Source of the DNA: an uncultured delta proteobacterium
GTDB lineage: Bacteria; Myxococcota_A; UBA9160; SMWR01
Reading direction: 5' to 3'
NCBI GenBank assembly: GCA_963832165.1
Contig: CAWHTE010000003.1
Coordinates: 640,001-704,000, forward strand
Length of the DNA stretch: 64,000 bases
A model generated the notes under the pieces. That model was not told where the DNA came from, ran no database searches, and worked only from the letters and a program-made list of their open reading frames with translations. Shown here in pieces: positions 1-9,808 of this stretch. Position 1 is the stretch's first letter. Each line of letters begins with the position of its first letter. A program made the translations under genes and the position numbers.

Positions 1-58
1 CCGCCAACACGGCGAGCGACACGAGTGCAGCGAGTCCCTGTCGGATCTTCTGATGCAT
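1..58 (-). CDS. N-terminus of a probable secreted protein (runs off window edge)
   Basis: ATG at 58 (minus), with AGGAG upstream; MHQKIRQGLAALVSLAVLA is signal-peptide-like. Confidence 0.55.
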   Translation of the reverse strand, partial: MHQKIRQGLAALVSLAVLA

Positions 59-162
59 GGTGGCTGTTGCTCCTGGTTGTGACGGGAAGGTCAAGTTAGC
101 GGATCAGGAAGGTCGCGAGGGGTCGGCGGAGCGAGAAGTGTCCGCTAGCTTCGCGCGCGCAG

Positions 163-852
163 ATGTCTGGATCCGCACCGTCCGCGCTGGATCGCCTCGC
201 GCGCGTGCGCCGGCCGCTCGGCGCGCTGCTCGTGCTGCTCGTGCTGGCCTGGGTATGGTGCGTGATCGCCGCGCCGATCGATCGCACCCAGGGCGTGATC
301 CAGAAGATCCTCTATGTGCACCCGCCGCTCGCGTACGGCGCGTATCTCGGCTTCGTGCTCACTGCGATCGGCGGCGCGCTCTATCTCTGGAAGCATCGCG
401 CGACCTACGATCATCTCGCGGTCGCGGGGGCCGAGGTCGGCGTGGTGTTCTGCACGCTCATGATGGTGACGGGACCGATCTGGGCGAAGGGCACCTGGGG
501 GCACTGGTGGACCTGGGATCCGCGCCTCACGCTCACGCTGCTGCTCTGGTTCGTCTACCTCGCCTACCTGCTGCTGCGCAGCTTCACAGAGGGCAGCGAG
601 CGCACCGCGCGCTTCGCGGCGCTCTACGGCGTCGCGGGGACCGCGCTGATCCCGCTCAACTACTTCGTGATCGAGCTCGCGGAGGGCCGCTCGGTCCACC
701 CGGAGAATCTCGAGCGGGGCAGCCTCGGGGAAGGCATGGGGCTGCCGTTCCTCATCGCGAATCTCGCGGCGTTCGTCGCGTTCGTATGGCTGGTCGCGCT
801 GCGCTGGGAGGTGGAGGCGCGCCGCGCGCACGCCGCGGAGCGCGCCTCGTGA
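163..852 (+). CDS. ccmC: Heme exporter / cytochrome c maturation protein CcmC
   Basis: WWD motif WAKGTWGHWWTWDPRLT; flanking His in YVHPP and SVHP; about 6 TM segments. Confidence 0.92.
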   Translation: MSGSAPSALDRLARVRRPLGALLVLLVLAWVWCVIAAPIDRTQGVIQKILYVHPPLAYGAYLGFVLTAIGGALYLWKHRATYDHLAVAGAEVGVVFCTLMMVTGPIWAKGTWGHWWTWDPRLTLTLLLWFVYLAYLLLRSFTEGSERTARFAALYGVAGTALIPLNYFVIELAEGRSVHPENLERGSLGEGMGLPFLIANLAAFVAFVWLVALRWEVEARRAHAAERAS

Positions 853-953
853 GCTACGCGATCGCGGCCTATCTGATCACGGTGGGGACGCTCGGCGTCT
901 ACGCGTGGACGCTCGCGCGCGAGCGACGCAAGCTCGAACGCGGCGGCGAGTAG
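849..953 (+). CDS. ccmD: Heme exporter protein CcmD (34 aa)
   Basis: GTGA overlap with the ccmC stop; MSYAIAAYLITVGTLGVYAWTLARERRKL is one TM plus a basic tail, in the usual ccmD position. Confidence 0.75.
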   Translation: MSYAIAAYLITVGTLGVYAWTLARERRKLERGGE

Positions 954-962
954 CGGCGATCG

Positions 963-1799
963 CTACAAACGGCCCGGGCGCGCCTCGAGCGGGCCGTCGG
1001 GCAGCGAGCCGTCGACGTCGGTGAAGCCGTAGAGCTCGGCGAGATCGCGCGCCGCGAGCGCACGGCCCGTGTGTCGGATCACGTCGGGATCTGCCGCGAG
1101 CGCGGCCACGGCGCGGCCCGTGAAGCGCTGCGATTCGCTGCGCACCTTCTGGAATGCCGGAAGCTGCGCGGCGTACTTCTCCACGCGCTCCGTGCGCACG
1201 AGTCCGGGCCACAGCGACACCACGGCCACGCCGAACGAGCGCAGCTCGTGCGCGGTATCTGCGGTGAGGCGGTCGAGCGCGGCCTTGCCGACGCCGTAGG
1301 CGACGTGCCACGCGTACTTGATGGCGCCCGAGGAGCTGATGTTGGCGACCAGGCCGGCGCCTTGCTTCGTCATGCGTCGCGCCGCGAACACGCTCGCGAC
1401 GTAGGCCGAGCGGGTACCGACGTCGATCATGTCGTCCCAGTTCGAGATCGGCACTTCGAAGAACGGCTTGCCGGACGTGAGCTCGGGCGGAATCAGGAAT
1501 GCGTTGTTCACGAGCACGTCGAGTCGGCCGCACTCTGCGTCGACGCGCTCGAACAGCGCTTCTACCGCTGCGTCGTCGCGGTGGTCGCACGCTACGGCGA
1601 TCGCCTCGCCGCCCGACGCCGCGATTTCGGCGGCGGTGGCGCCCACGGTTCCCGGCAGCGCCGCATCGCCTTCGCGCACGCTGCGCCCGGTCAGGTAGAC
1701 GGTGGCGCCCGCGGCCGCAAGCTCGAGCGCGCAACCCTTGCCGATTCCGCGCGATGCGCCTGTCACGATCGCGACCCGGCCCGCGAGTACGCTGCTCAC
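963..1799 (-). CDS. Short-chain dehydrogenase/reductase (DHRS1-like)
   Basis: VTGASRGIG, LDVLVNNA, YGVGK catalytic motif; GTG start next to the upstream stop. Confidence 0.9.
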   Translation of the reverse strand: MSSVLAGRVAIVTGASRGIGKGCALELAAAGATVYLTGRSVREGDAALPGTVGATAAEIAASGGEAIAVACDHRDDAAVEALFERVDAECGRLDVLVNNAFLIPPELTSGKPFFEVPISNWDDMIDVGTRSAYVASVFAARRMTKQGAGLVANISSSGAIKYAWHVAYGVGKAALDRLTADTAHELRSFGVAVVSLWPGLVRTERVEKYAAQLPAFQKVRSESQRFTGRAVAALAADPDVIRHTGRALAARDLAELYGFTDVDGSLPDGPLEARPGRL

Positions 1800-1800
1800 G

Positions 1801-3273
1801 CTACGCCTCCTCGGCCACCAGGCGCGCGGCCGCCTCCTCGCAGCGCGTGCCGCGGAAGAAGTCCGGGTTGGCGCTGGTGTAGAAGCGCACCGGGTTCGCG
1901 AACACGAACTCGCGGAACTCCGCTTCGCCGATCGAGCCGTCCTCGACGAGCTCCCAGGCCTCGGCCAGGATGCCCGCCATGTCGGGCACGTCCCAGTGCC
2001 CGATGTCGGAGCTGAACATCGCGCGCAGCCGTGCGCCGAGCGGATTGGTTTCGGAGCGGAACGCCCACGCGACCATCGGGTCGTCGGCCTCGCAGCCGAA
2101 GTAGAAGCGCGGCACGAACAGGTCGCGCACGTCCTCGGCGCACGTGATCTCGCACGCAGCCCATTCGTCGATCGTTGGCGGCTCGGGCTCGAGCTTCGTG
2201 AACGACTCGGCGAGCCCCGCGAGGTCGGCGCGGAAGCGCCCGTCACCGTACTTCGCGAACAGCTCCATCAGGAGCTTCGTGTCGATCCGCGCCGGATCGA
2301 GGTGGTGGATCGACTCGCGGTTGCGCTTCTCCCAGTGCGAGAGCAGGTCGGCGTAGAGCGAGCACGCCCAGCCGACGCCGCCCTCGAGCAGGCCGAAGCT
2401 GAGCCCCGGGAAGCGCCGCGTGACGCCGCCGAAGAACAGCGACTTGCAGAACGCCTCCATGCTCGCGCCGAACGAGCCGATGTGGTTGTACATGTAGTTC
2501 GAGATCGAGCGGCGGCTGCCCCAGCCCATGCCCGGCGTGTGCGATGCGGGAGCGACGCGGAGCTCGAGACAGCGTTTCCAGACCGGGTCGTAGTCGTACT
2601 CGCTGTCGAGGCCGAGCGCGTCGAGGCGAGACCCGGAGCCCGATCCCCAGTTGGGGATGCTGCGGTCGGCCGCGACCGCGCCGCCGCCGATCGGGCGGTG
2701 CACGAGCCCGTTGATCATGATCGCCTTGAAGCCGAGCTCGCCGACGGCGTGGTCGAGCTCCGCGATCGCTTCGGCCGGCGTGTGCATCGGGATCTGCGCG
2801 ACCGGCGTCATGCGGTCGGCGTACGGGAAGTAGACCTCGGCGTTGTAGGCGTTGAGCGCGCGGCACGCGACCTGGCGCAGCTCGTCGTCGAGGATCGAGA
2901 GCGTGACGAGCCCGCGGCTCGGGTAGAGCACCGCGAAGTCGATGCCGAACTCGTCGAGGCGTTCGTAGAGCAGCCGCGGCAGGTGCGCGGTCGCGCGGTC
3001 GAGTGTGTTCGCGGCCGGCAGGCTCCACCACGACGGACGCGTGGCCCAGAGCTCGCGGCGCCGCGCCTCGGAGAGCGCGCTCCACGGGCGCAGCACCATG
3101 TCGTCGAAGTCGATTCCGCCGGCGGCCTCGAAGCGCGCCGCGAGGTCGCCGCCGCCGATGTCCTTCACGAAGTCGAGGAAGAAGCTGCGGAAGACCGGGA
3201 GCGTCTCGATGATGTGGCCGTCGGCATCGACGACGGGGTGGTCGAGGCGCGCGCGCAGGTCGGCCGAGCGCAT
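1801..3273 (-). CDS. Amidohydrolase-family (Amidohydro_2) protein
   Basis: VVDADGHIIE, LEGGVGW, MFSSDIGHWD motifs. Confidence 0.88.
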   Translation of the reverse strand: MRSADLRARLDHPVVDADGHIIETLPVFRSFFLDFVKDIGGGDLAARFEAAGGIDFDDMVLRPWSALSEARRRELWATRPSWWSLPAANTLDRATAHLPRLLYERLDEFGIDFAVLYPSRGLVTLSILDDELRQVACRALNAYNAEVYFPYADRMTPVAQIPMHTPAEAIAELDHAVGELGFKAIMINGLVHRPIGGGAVAADRSIPNWGSGSGSRLDALGLDSEYDYDPVWKRCLELRVAPASHTPGMGWGSRRSISNYMYNHIGSFGASMEAFCKSLFFGGVTRRFPGLSFGLLEGGVGWACSLYADLLSHWEKRNRESIHHLDPARIDTKLLMELFAKYGDGRFRADLAGLAESFTKLEPEPPTIDEWAACEITCAEDVRDLFVPRFYFGCEADDPMVAWAFRSETNPLGARLRAMFSSDIGHWDVPDMAGILAEAWELVEDGSIGEAEFREFVFANPVRFYTSANPDFFRGTRCEEAAARLVAEEA

Positions 3274-3833
3274 CAGGCCGCCGAGCCGAGCGCGTTGCGC
3301 AGGACGGCGCTCTCGTCGCTGCGGTAGCGCGCGCGATAGGCGGCTTCCGCGATGCGCGGCAGCGCGCGCTCGATCTCGGTCGGGTCGAGGCGCGCGGCGA
3401 CCTCGGCGGCACCCGCCCTCGCGAGCATCTGCGGCAGGCGCGTGCGGATGCGCTCGAGCGCCCAGGCCAGCGGGTCGCCGTCCGCGATCGGATCCATGTG
3501 CAGCATCTCGTTGCTGAGATCGCGCCACGAGATGTAGTGATAGTGCGGTTCCTCGTCGAAGCAGTCGAAGCGCAGGTACTCCTGCGTGGGGTCGCTTGCG
3601 CTGCACACGTGAAGCGACACGCCGCGGTCGTCGAGGCCCGCGGCATTGGCCGCCTCGACCTCGGGCGCCAGCGTGTCGCCGCGCGCGGCGACCGTCGCGG
3701 ACGCGCCAGCGATCGCTTCGTTGAGCAGCCGATACTCCACGCCGATCCGCACGGCGCCGAGCTCGAACCAGGTGGTCTGGGCCTCGACCGGCGGAATCGG
3801 CATGCGGTCGTAGCGGGTGATGTGATCGTTCAT
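3273..3833 (-). CDS. Conserved hypothetical protein with a GVSLHV...LRFDCFDEEPHYHY domain
   Basis: Overlaps both neighbours (ATGA and TGATG); GGAGG upstream; normal globular composition. Confidence 0.75.
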   Translation of the reverse strand: MNDHITRYDRMPIPPVEAQTTWFELGAVRIGVEYRLLNEAIAGASATVAARGDTLAPEVEAANAAGLDDRGVSLHVCSASDPTQEYLRFDCFDEEPHYHYISWRDLSNEMLHMDPIADGDPLAWALERIRTRLPQMLARAGAAEVAARLDPTEIERALPRIAEAAYRARYRSDESAVLRNALGSAA

Positions 3834-5395
3834 GGTCCCTCCGTACGTGCCGTTGCGAGCCGCCGCGCCGCCTCTTCGCGCAGCGCGCCCTTGGCGATCT
3901 TGCCACCGGACGAGCGCGGTAGCTCGTCGAGCACGAGCAAGCGCTCGGGCCAGGATTCCACCGACACTCCCTGCGCGCGCAGATGGGCGACGAGCTCGTC
4001 GAGCGTGAGCGCGGCAGCCGGATGCAGCTCGACGACCGCGCACACGCGCTCGCCGAACACCGGATCGGGCACGGGCACGGCCGCCGCAAGCGCTACCGCG
4101 GGGTGGGTCATCACGGCGGCTTCCACGACGGGCGCGCTGATGTTCTTGCCGCCGCGGATGATGATGTCGGCGGTTCGGCCCACCACGTACAGCACGCCGT
4201 TGGCAGCGATCTCCGCGATGTCGCCGGTCAGCATCCATCCGTCCGCGGTGAAGAGCTGCGCATTGGCGGCCGGATCGTCCCAATAGCCCGCGCTCGTGAG
4301 CGGCCCGCGGCAGCCGGGCTGGCCGCGGCCGCTCGCCGTGACGTCGCGCTGCTCGGCGTCGAACAGCCGCACGTGCATCTCCGGGATCACGTGTCCCGCG
4401 CTGCGCAGGCGCACGTCGCGGTCGTCGCGCAGCGTCGTGCAGGAGAGCGCTCCGGTCTCGTTCGAGCCGTAGAACTGGAGGACGCACGCGCCCGTGCGCT
4501 CCTCGAACGCCGCGGCGCGCTCGTAGGGCACGGCCTCGCCGCCCGTGAACAGCACGCGCAGCGATGAGAGGTCGAAGCGAGCCGGCGCGCGGTCGAGCGC
4601 GTCGAGCATGAGGATGAACTGCGTGCTGACGGCGGCCATCACGCTCACGCGGTGGCGCTCGATCGCGGCGCAGAGCTCCACGGCATCGAACTGGGGCAAG
4701 AGCACGCACGGAGCGCCGAGCAGAGTCGGCGTGACGTGACCGGTCCAGATCCCGAAGCCGAACGGCGCGGGCAGCGCGGACAGGAACACGTCGCGCTCGG
4801 TCAGGTCGGCCGCGTCGACCGCGAGGCGGTGGAAGTGATTCCAGCGCGCCTGATCGTGTGTGACGCACTTCGGGAGTCCCGTCGTGCCGGAGGTGGAGTT
4901 CAGCAGGAAGAGGTCGTCGACCGCGAGCCGGCGCTCCGCGAGCGCGCGTCGCTCGCTCTCGCTCGGCGCCGACAGCGCTGCGAAATCGCTCTCGTCCACG
5001 AGGTGGTGGCGCAGCGGCGCCCCTTCCGCGCGCAGGCTCGCCGCGAGCGCGCGCGTGTCGAGATCGCGATGGCGCGCGCGCGAAACGAGTGCGACCGCGC
5101 CGGACCGCCGCACGAGGTGGTGGATCTCGGCCTCGCCCGCGCGCGGTCCGATTCCGACCGCGACGAGGCCCGCCTTCTCGGTGGCGACGAATGCGACGTG
5201 CACTCCGACACCGTCGGGCAGAAGCACGGCGGCGCGCTCGCCGCGCGCGAGTCCCGCGGCGACGAAAGCCGCTGCGAGCGCGTCGGAGCGCAGCGCGTAG
5301 TCGCGCCAGCCAAGCCGCGTGTCGCCGGCCGCAAAGGCGAGCGCCTCGGGCGTGCGCGCCGCGTGGGCGTCGATCGTCTCGGCGAGGGGCTTCAG
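3830..5395 (-). CDS. AMP-binding acyl-CoA synthetase (start uncertain)
   Basis: NSTSGTTGLPK, YGSNETG, TGDIA, IIRGGKNI, RSSGGKIAK motifs; no clear ATG. Confidence 0.88.
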   Translation of the reverse strand: MKPLAETIDAHAARTPEALAFAAGDTRLGWRDYALRSDALAAAFVAAGLARGERAAVLLPDGVGVHVAFVATEKAGLVAVGIGPRAGEAEIHHLVRRSGAVALVSRARHRDLDTRALAASLRAEGAPLRHHLVDESDFAALSAPSESERRALAERRLAVDDLFLLNSTSGTTGLPKCVTHDQARWNHFHRLAVDAADLTERDVFLSALPAPFGFGIWTGHVTPTLLGAPCVLLPQFDAVELCAAIERHRVSVMAAVSTQFILMLDALDRAPARFDLSSLRVLFTGGEAVPYERAAAFEERTGACVLQFYGSNETGALSCTTLRDDRDVRLRSAGHVIPEMHVRLFDAEQRDVTASGRGQPGCRGPLTSAGYWDDPAANAQLFTADGWMLTGDIAEIAANGVLYVVGRTADIIIRGGKNISAPVVEAAVMTHPAVALAAAVPVPDPVFGERVCAVVELHPAAALTLDELVAHLRAQGVSVESWPERLLVLDELPRSSGGKIAKGALREEAARRLATARTEGP

Positions 5396-5425
5396 AGCGG
5401 CTCCGCAGCGGTCGGTTCGAGTAGC

Positions 5426-6956
5426 ATGATGCCTCGGATGAACCGCGCGAGCAGCCTCGTCGTCCTGCCCTTCGGAACGCTCCGCGGCGACGCGTCGGGC
5501 GCTGCGCTCGCGTTTCGCGGCATCCCGTACGCGCGTGCACCGGTCGGTCCGTTGCGCTTTGCCGCGCCCGAGCCGGCCGAGCCCTGGGAGGGGGTACGCG
5601 ACGCGACGCGCTTCGGCGCGGCGCCGCCGCAGTTGCCCGACCCGCTGTCGACCGCGCTCGGCATGCTCGACGGCTGTGCGATCGGCGAAGACTGCCTCTC
5701 GCTCAACGTGTTCACGCCGTCGCTCGAGCCCAGAGCGCGGCCGGTCCTGGTCTGGATCCCGGGTGGCGCGTTCGTGGGCGGGACCGCGGGCGTTCCGATC
5801 TACGACGGTACGCGTCTCGCGGCGCGCGGAGACGTCGTCGTGATCACCGTGAGCTATCGCGTCGGTGCGCTCGGCTTCGCGTGCTTCGATCGCAGAGCCC
5901 GGCGAGCCCGCGTTGGCCAACCTCGGCCTCCGGGATCAGATCGCGGCGCTGCGCTGGGTGCGCGCGAACGCGGCGGCGTTCGGGGGAGATCCGGCGCAGG
6001 TCACGGTATTCGGCGAGTCGGCGGGCGCCGGAAGCATTCTCGCACTGGCCGGAATGCCCGCGGCGCGCGGACTGTTCGCGCGCGCGATCGTGCAGAGCGC
6101 CGCGCCGCGCGGCGTGATCCCGCAAGCCGTTGCGCGCGCGCGCACGCGGATGTGGCTCGAAGAGCTCGGCCTCGCCGGCGCGCCGCGCCGCGAACTGCGC
6201 GCGGTTCCCGTCGAGCGACTGCTCGAAGCGCAGGCCGCGGTGATCGCGCGCACACCGCCCAGCAACGGATTCTTCTACGCGCCGGTCGTCGACGGCGAGA
6301 CGCTCGTCGTGCCGCCCGCGCGCGCGTTCGCGGAGGGCTTCGCGCGGGAGCTACCGCTCTTGATCGGAACGACGCGCGACGAGATGCACCTGTACTGGGC
6401 CGGAGTGCCTCGGGGCGTCGAGGGCGCGGTGGCGATGATCGCGCCCCAGCTCGGCGTCGCCGACACGGACGCCGCGCGCGCAGCCGCGACGCTGTTCGAC
6501 GGGTTTCGCGCCGCGCGCGAGCGCCGCGGCGAGAGCGCGACGCCATGCGACGTGTACCTCGGAGTCCAGACGGAGCTCTCGCTGCGCCACGATGCGGTCC
6601 GGCTCGCCGAGGCGCGCGAAGACCATCAGGATCGGCGCACCTGGATGTATCTGTTCAGCTGGCGCTCGCCCGCGCGCGACGGCGTGTGCGGTGCGTGTCA
6701 CGCACTCGATCTGCCGTTCGTGTTCGGGAACCTCGATGCCCCGGGCATGCCGGGGTTCGCGGGCGAAGGCCCCGAAGCGCAGGCGCTCGCGCACGCAATG
6801 ATGGATGCGTGGACGGCGTTCGCGCGCGGCGGCGCGCCATGGCCCTGTTACGACGCCGCGCGCCGCGCCACGTTCGAGTTCGGCCCCGTGCGCGCACTGC
6901 GCGAGGCGCCGCTGGACGAGGAACGCGCGCTGGTCGCGCGCTTCGCGCCTTCGTAG
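5426..6956 (+). CDS. Type-B carboxylesterase (PnbA-like), +1 frameshift near 5891
   Basis: FRGIPYA, EDCLSLNV, GGAF and YRVGALGF in one frame; NLGLRDQ, FGESAG and ACHALDL in another. Confidence 0.85.
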
Positions 6957-7037
6957 GGCGGGAGGAGCCGAAGGCGGATCCCGCCGTTGCCGCGTTTCGC
7001 TGTCATGGCGGGATCGCTTCGCTCTCCCGCCCTACGA
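6951..7037. repeat. Long imperfect palindrome (GTAG-type REP/REPIN-like), possible bidirectional terminator
   Basis: Perfect 14-bp outer arms TCGTAGGGCGGGAG/CTCCCGCCCTACGA; inner arms GATCCCGCC/GGCGGGATC; lies between convergent genes. Confidence 0.75.
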
Positions 7038-8168
7038 GATCGCCTTCGCGTCGCGCAGGTTCGCGATCTCGGCCTCGCCGAAGCCCCACTCGCGCAGCAC
7101 TTCGTCGGTGTTGACGCCGCCCGCGACGGGCGGGCGCGAGACGCCCGAGTCGGTGCGCGAGAAGCGCGGTGCGGGGCGCGGTTGCGCGACGCCTCCCACG
7201 TCGATGAACGCGCTGCGCGCGTGCGCGTGCGGATGCACGCGCGCCTCGGCCATCGTGAGCACGGGAGCAAAGCAGGAATCGCTGCCCTCGAGGATTTCGC
7301 ACCACGCGTCGCGGGTGCGGGTGCGGAACAGCGCGCTGAAGCGCTCGCGCAGCACGGGCCAGCCGGCGGGATCGTTCTGGGCCGGCAGATCTTCGCCTGC
7401 GAGGCCGAGCTTCGCGAGCAGCTCGGCGTAGAACTGCGGCTCGATCGCGCCGATCGCCACGTATTTGCCATCGGCGGTCTCGTACGCGTCGTAGTACGGA
7501 GCGCCGCTGTCGAGCATGTTGGTGCCGGCCCCGTCCTTCCAGAACCCCGACTGTTGGGCGCCGTGGAAGATCGTCATGAGTGCAGCGGCGCCGTCGACCA
7601 TCGCGGCATCGACGACCTGGCCCGCGCCCGAGCGCACGCGCTCGAGCAGCGCGCACACCATTCCGAATGCGAGCAGCAGGCCGCCGCCGCCGAAGTCGCC
7701 GATCAGGTTGATCGGCGGCGTCGGCGGCTGACCCGCGCGCCCGATGTGCGCGAGCACACCCGAGAGCGCGATGTAGTTGATGTCGTGACCGGCTGCGTGC
7801 GCGAGCGGACCTTCTTGCCCGAAGCCGGTCATGCGCCCGTACACGAGGCGCGGATTGCGCGCGAGACACGCATCGGGGCCCAGTCCGAGCCGCTCCATCA
7901 CGCCGGGCCGGAAGCCCTCGAACAAGCCGTCCGCGCGGTCGCACAGACGGAGGATCGTGTCGACGCCTTCGGGCCGCTTGAGATCGACGCAGATGCTGCG
8001 CCGGCCGCGGCTCAGCAGGTCATGGGAAGGGCGCTCGCCGAATGCGCTCGGCCCCGGGCGCACGATCCGGATCACCTCGGCGCCCATGTCCGCGAGCACC
8101 ATCGCGCAATAGGGCCCGGGCCCGATTCCCGCGATCTCGAGCAGTCGAATCCCCTGGAGCGGGCCCAT
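7032..8168 (-). CDS. mcr: CaiB/BaiF CoA-transferase, alpha-methylacyl-CoA racemase type
   Basis: LEIAGIGPGP, EGFRPGVMERLG, AGHDINY, GDFGGG motifs. Confidence 0.88.
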   Translation of the reverse strand: MGPLQGIRLLEIAGIGPGPYCAMVLADMGAEVIRIVRPGPSAFGERPSHDLLSRGRRSICVDLKRPEGVDTILRLCDRADGLFEGFRPGVMERLGLGPDACLARNPRLVYGRMTGFGQEGPLAHAAGHDINYIALSGVLAHIGRAGQPPTPPINLIGDFGGGGLLLAFGMVCALLERVRSGAGQVVDAAMVDGAAALMTIFHGAQQSGFWKDGAGTNMLDSGAPYYDAYETADGKYVAIGAIEPQFYAELLAKLGLAGEDLPAQNDPAGWPVLRERFSALFRTRTRDAWCEILEGSDSCFAPVLTMAEARVHPHAHARSAFIDVGGVAQPRPAPRFSRTDSGVSRPPVAGGVNTDEVLREWGFGEAEIANLRDAKAIS

Positions 8169-8268
8169 CGGCAGGTTCCTCCGTGCGCGCGGCGCGCGAG
8201 GATACCGGTTCGTTCCCGTCTCCGGTGCCGAGAAAACGGGTGAAGAACCCCGCAGGTCTGGCCCGAGA

Positions 8269-8284
8269 TCATCCATTTGGGTGA
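8269..8284. promoter_or_regulatory. Candidate operator TCATCC-N4-GGGTGA
   Basis: Near-perfect dyad in the divergent intergenic region; similar site at 10391-10408. Confidence 0.4.
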
Positions 8285-8671
8285 AAAGATCGCCCGTCGA
8301 TTTCATCGGGATGGAGGGCGCGGCGGCTTCTCGAGCGGCGGTATCCATATACCCGGAGAGTTGGAGTGACGAGCATGGCTACAGGGGCAAACAGCCATCG
8401 GGGCGCAGATCTCGGAATCACGCAGTTCCGGTCGATCGCATCCATTCGCCGCTCGAATTCTCTCGGCGGGGATCAATCAACGCAGGAGTAAGAGTCCGCA
8501 CTCCCGTCTACGAACCTTGATTGTCTCCCCTGGGCCCGTCCGGGCATGTTCCGGACGGGTCCAGCCGTTTCTGGACCCGTTCCGCCCCTCGCTGGACTCC
8601 GGCCCCATCGGCCGGCCATACTGGGTGTGGGAGTGCCGGCGGCGGGGTTCGCGCTCGCCGGACTGCGGAAC

Positions 8672-9808
8672 ATGGACGAGCGTGCCCTTCATCTGATCGA
8701 CCGCATCTATGCGGCCGCGCTGGATCCTGACCTTTGGCAGGAAGTCGCCGAAGGGGTCAGCGAGATCTTTGGCGGATCGCCGACGATGCTGAGCTTCGTC
8801 CTTCCGGAGGAAGCGGGGGCGCCGCGCTTCGCGGTGGGCGTCGACGAGCCGTATCAGAGCTCCCACGTGGAGCACCTGCTCAAGGACACGCCGTTCTCGA
8901 CCCGCCACATGTGGCAGTTCGCGGACCGTTGGGGCGACCTCGGCGAGGTGATCGGCCACGTGAATCTCGCCGCGACCGAGCTCTACACGGAGTGGCTCAA
9001 GCCGCAGGGCCTCGCCGCTGCGTGGACGGTGGGCCACACGATCTTCAGCGAGGAGCGCGAGCCGCTGGGTGGCTTCACGGTGTTTCCGCGCGAGGGTGCG
9101 CCGCCGTTCACACGCGATCAGTTCGCGCAAGCCGATGCGTTGGTGCCGCACCTGCGTCGCGCGCTCCAGGTGCACCGCACCGTACACGGCGCACAGCGCG
9201 TGCAGCTCGCGCTCGCGGAGGCGATCGATCGCCTGCCCACGGGCCTGTTGCTGCTCGACGCGAAGCGGCACGTCGTGGTGCAGAACAAGGGAGCCGAGAA
9301 GATCGTCGCTTCCGACGACGGATTCCGGATCGATCGCAACGGCCCGACCGCCGAAGACGCACGCGAGAACGCCGCGCTCCAGAAGCTGATCGCCGACGCG
9401 ATGGATGCGCGCGCGGGACAGGAGATCCGCTCGGCGGGCTTCATCTCGGTGACCCGCCCCTCGGGCCAGCGATCGTACGCCGTCATGGTGACGCCGCTGC
9501 TCGCCGCGCCCGGCAAGAGCGTCGCGAGCGATGCCGTGGTCGCAATCTTCGTCGCGGACCCGAATGCGCGCGTCGTCGCAGGGCCCGAGGTGCTCGCCGA
9601 GCTGTACCAGCTCACCCACTCGGAGGCGGAGCTCGTGCGACTACTGGCCGCGGGCCTCACGCTCGAAGAGGCGGCCGAGAAGCGCGGCGTCAGCCTCAAC
9701 ACTGCGCGCAGTCATCTCAAGCACGTGTTCGCGAAGACGGACACCAGCCGCCAGGGCGAGCTCGTGCGGCTGATCATGTGCGGAGTCGGGCAGATCCGCG
9801 AGGCGTAG
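8672..9808 (+). CDS. LuxR-type HTH transcriptional regulator with GAF/PAS-like N-terminus
   Basis: C-terminal YQLTHSEAELVRLLAAG..EAAEKRGVSLNTARSHLKHVFAKT; LVPHLRRAL linker. Confidence 0.85.
   Translation: MDERALHLIDRIYAAALDPDLWQEVAEGVSEIFGGSPTMLSFVLPEEAGAPRFAVGVDEPYQSSHVEHLLKDTPFSTRHMWQFADRWGDLGEVIGHVNLAATELYTEWLKPQGLAAAWTVGHTIFSEEREPLGGFTVFPREGAPPFTRDQFAQADALVPHLRRALQVHRTVHGAQRVQLALAEAIDRLPTGLLLLDAKRHVVVQNKGAEKIVASDDGFRIDRNGPTAEDARENAALQKLIADAMDARAGQEIRSAGFISVTRPSGQRSYAVMVTPLLAAPGKSVASDAVVAIFVADPNARVVAGPEVLAELYQLTHSEAELVRLLAAGLTLEEAAEKRGVSLNTARSHLKHVFAKTDTSRQGELVRLIMCGVGQIREA

Noticed and set aside
950..966. Short GTAG..CTAC hairpins at convergent stops (950-966; also 15968-15984)
   Set aside because: Only 6-8 bp, and facing TAG/CTA stops generate part of the symmetry; too weak to call REPs.
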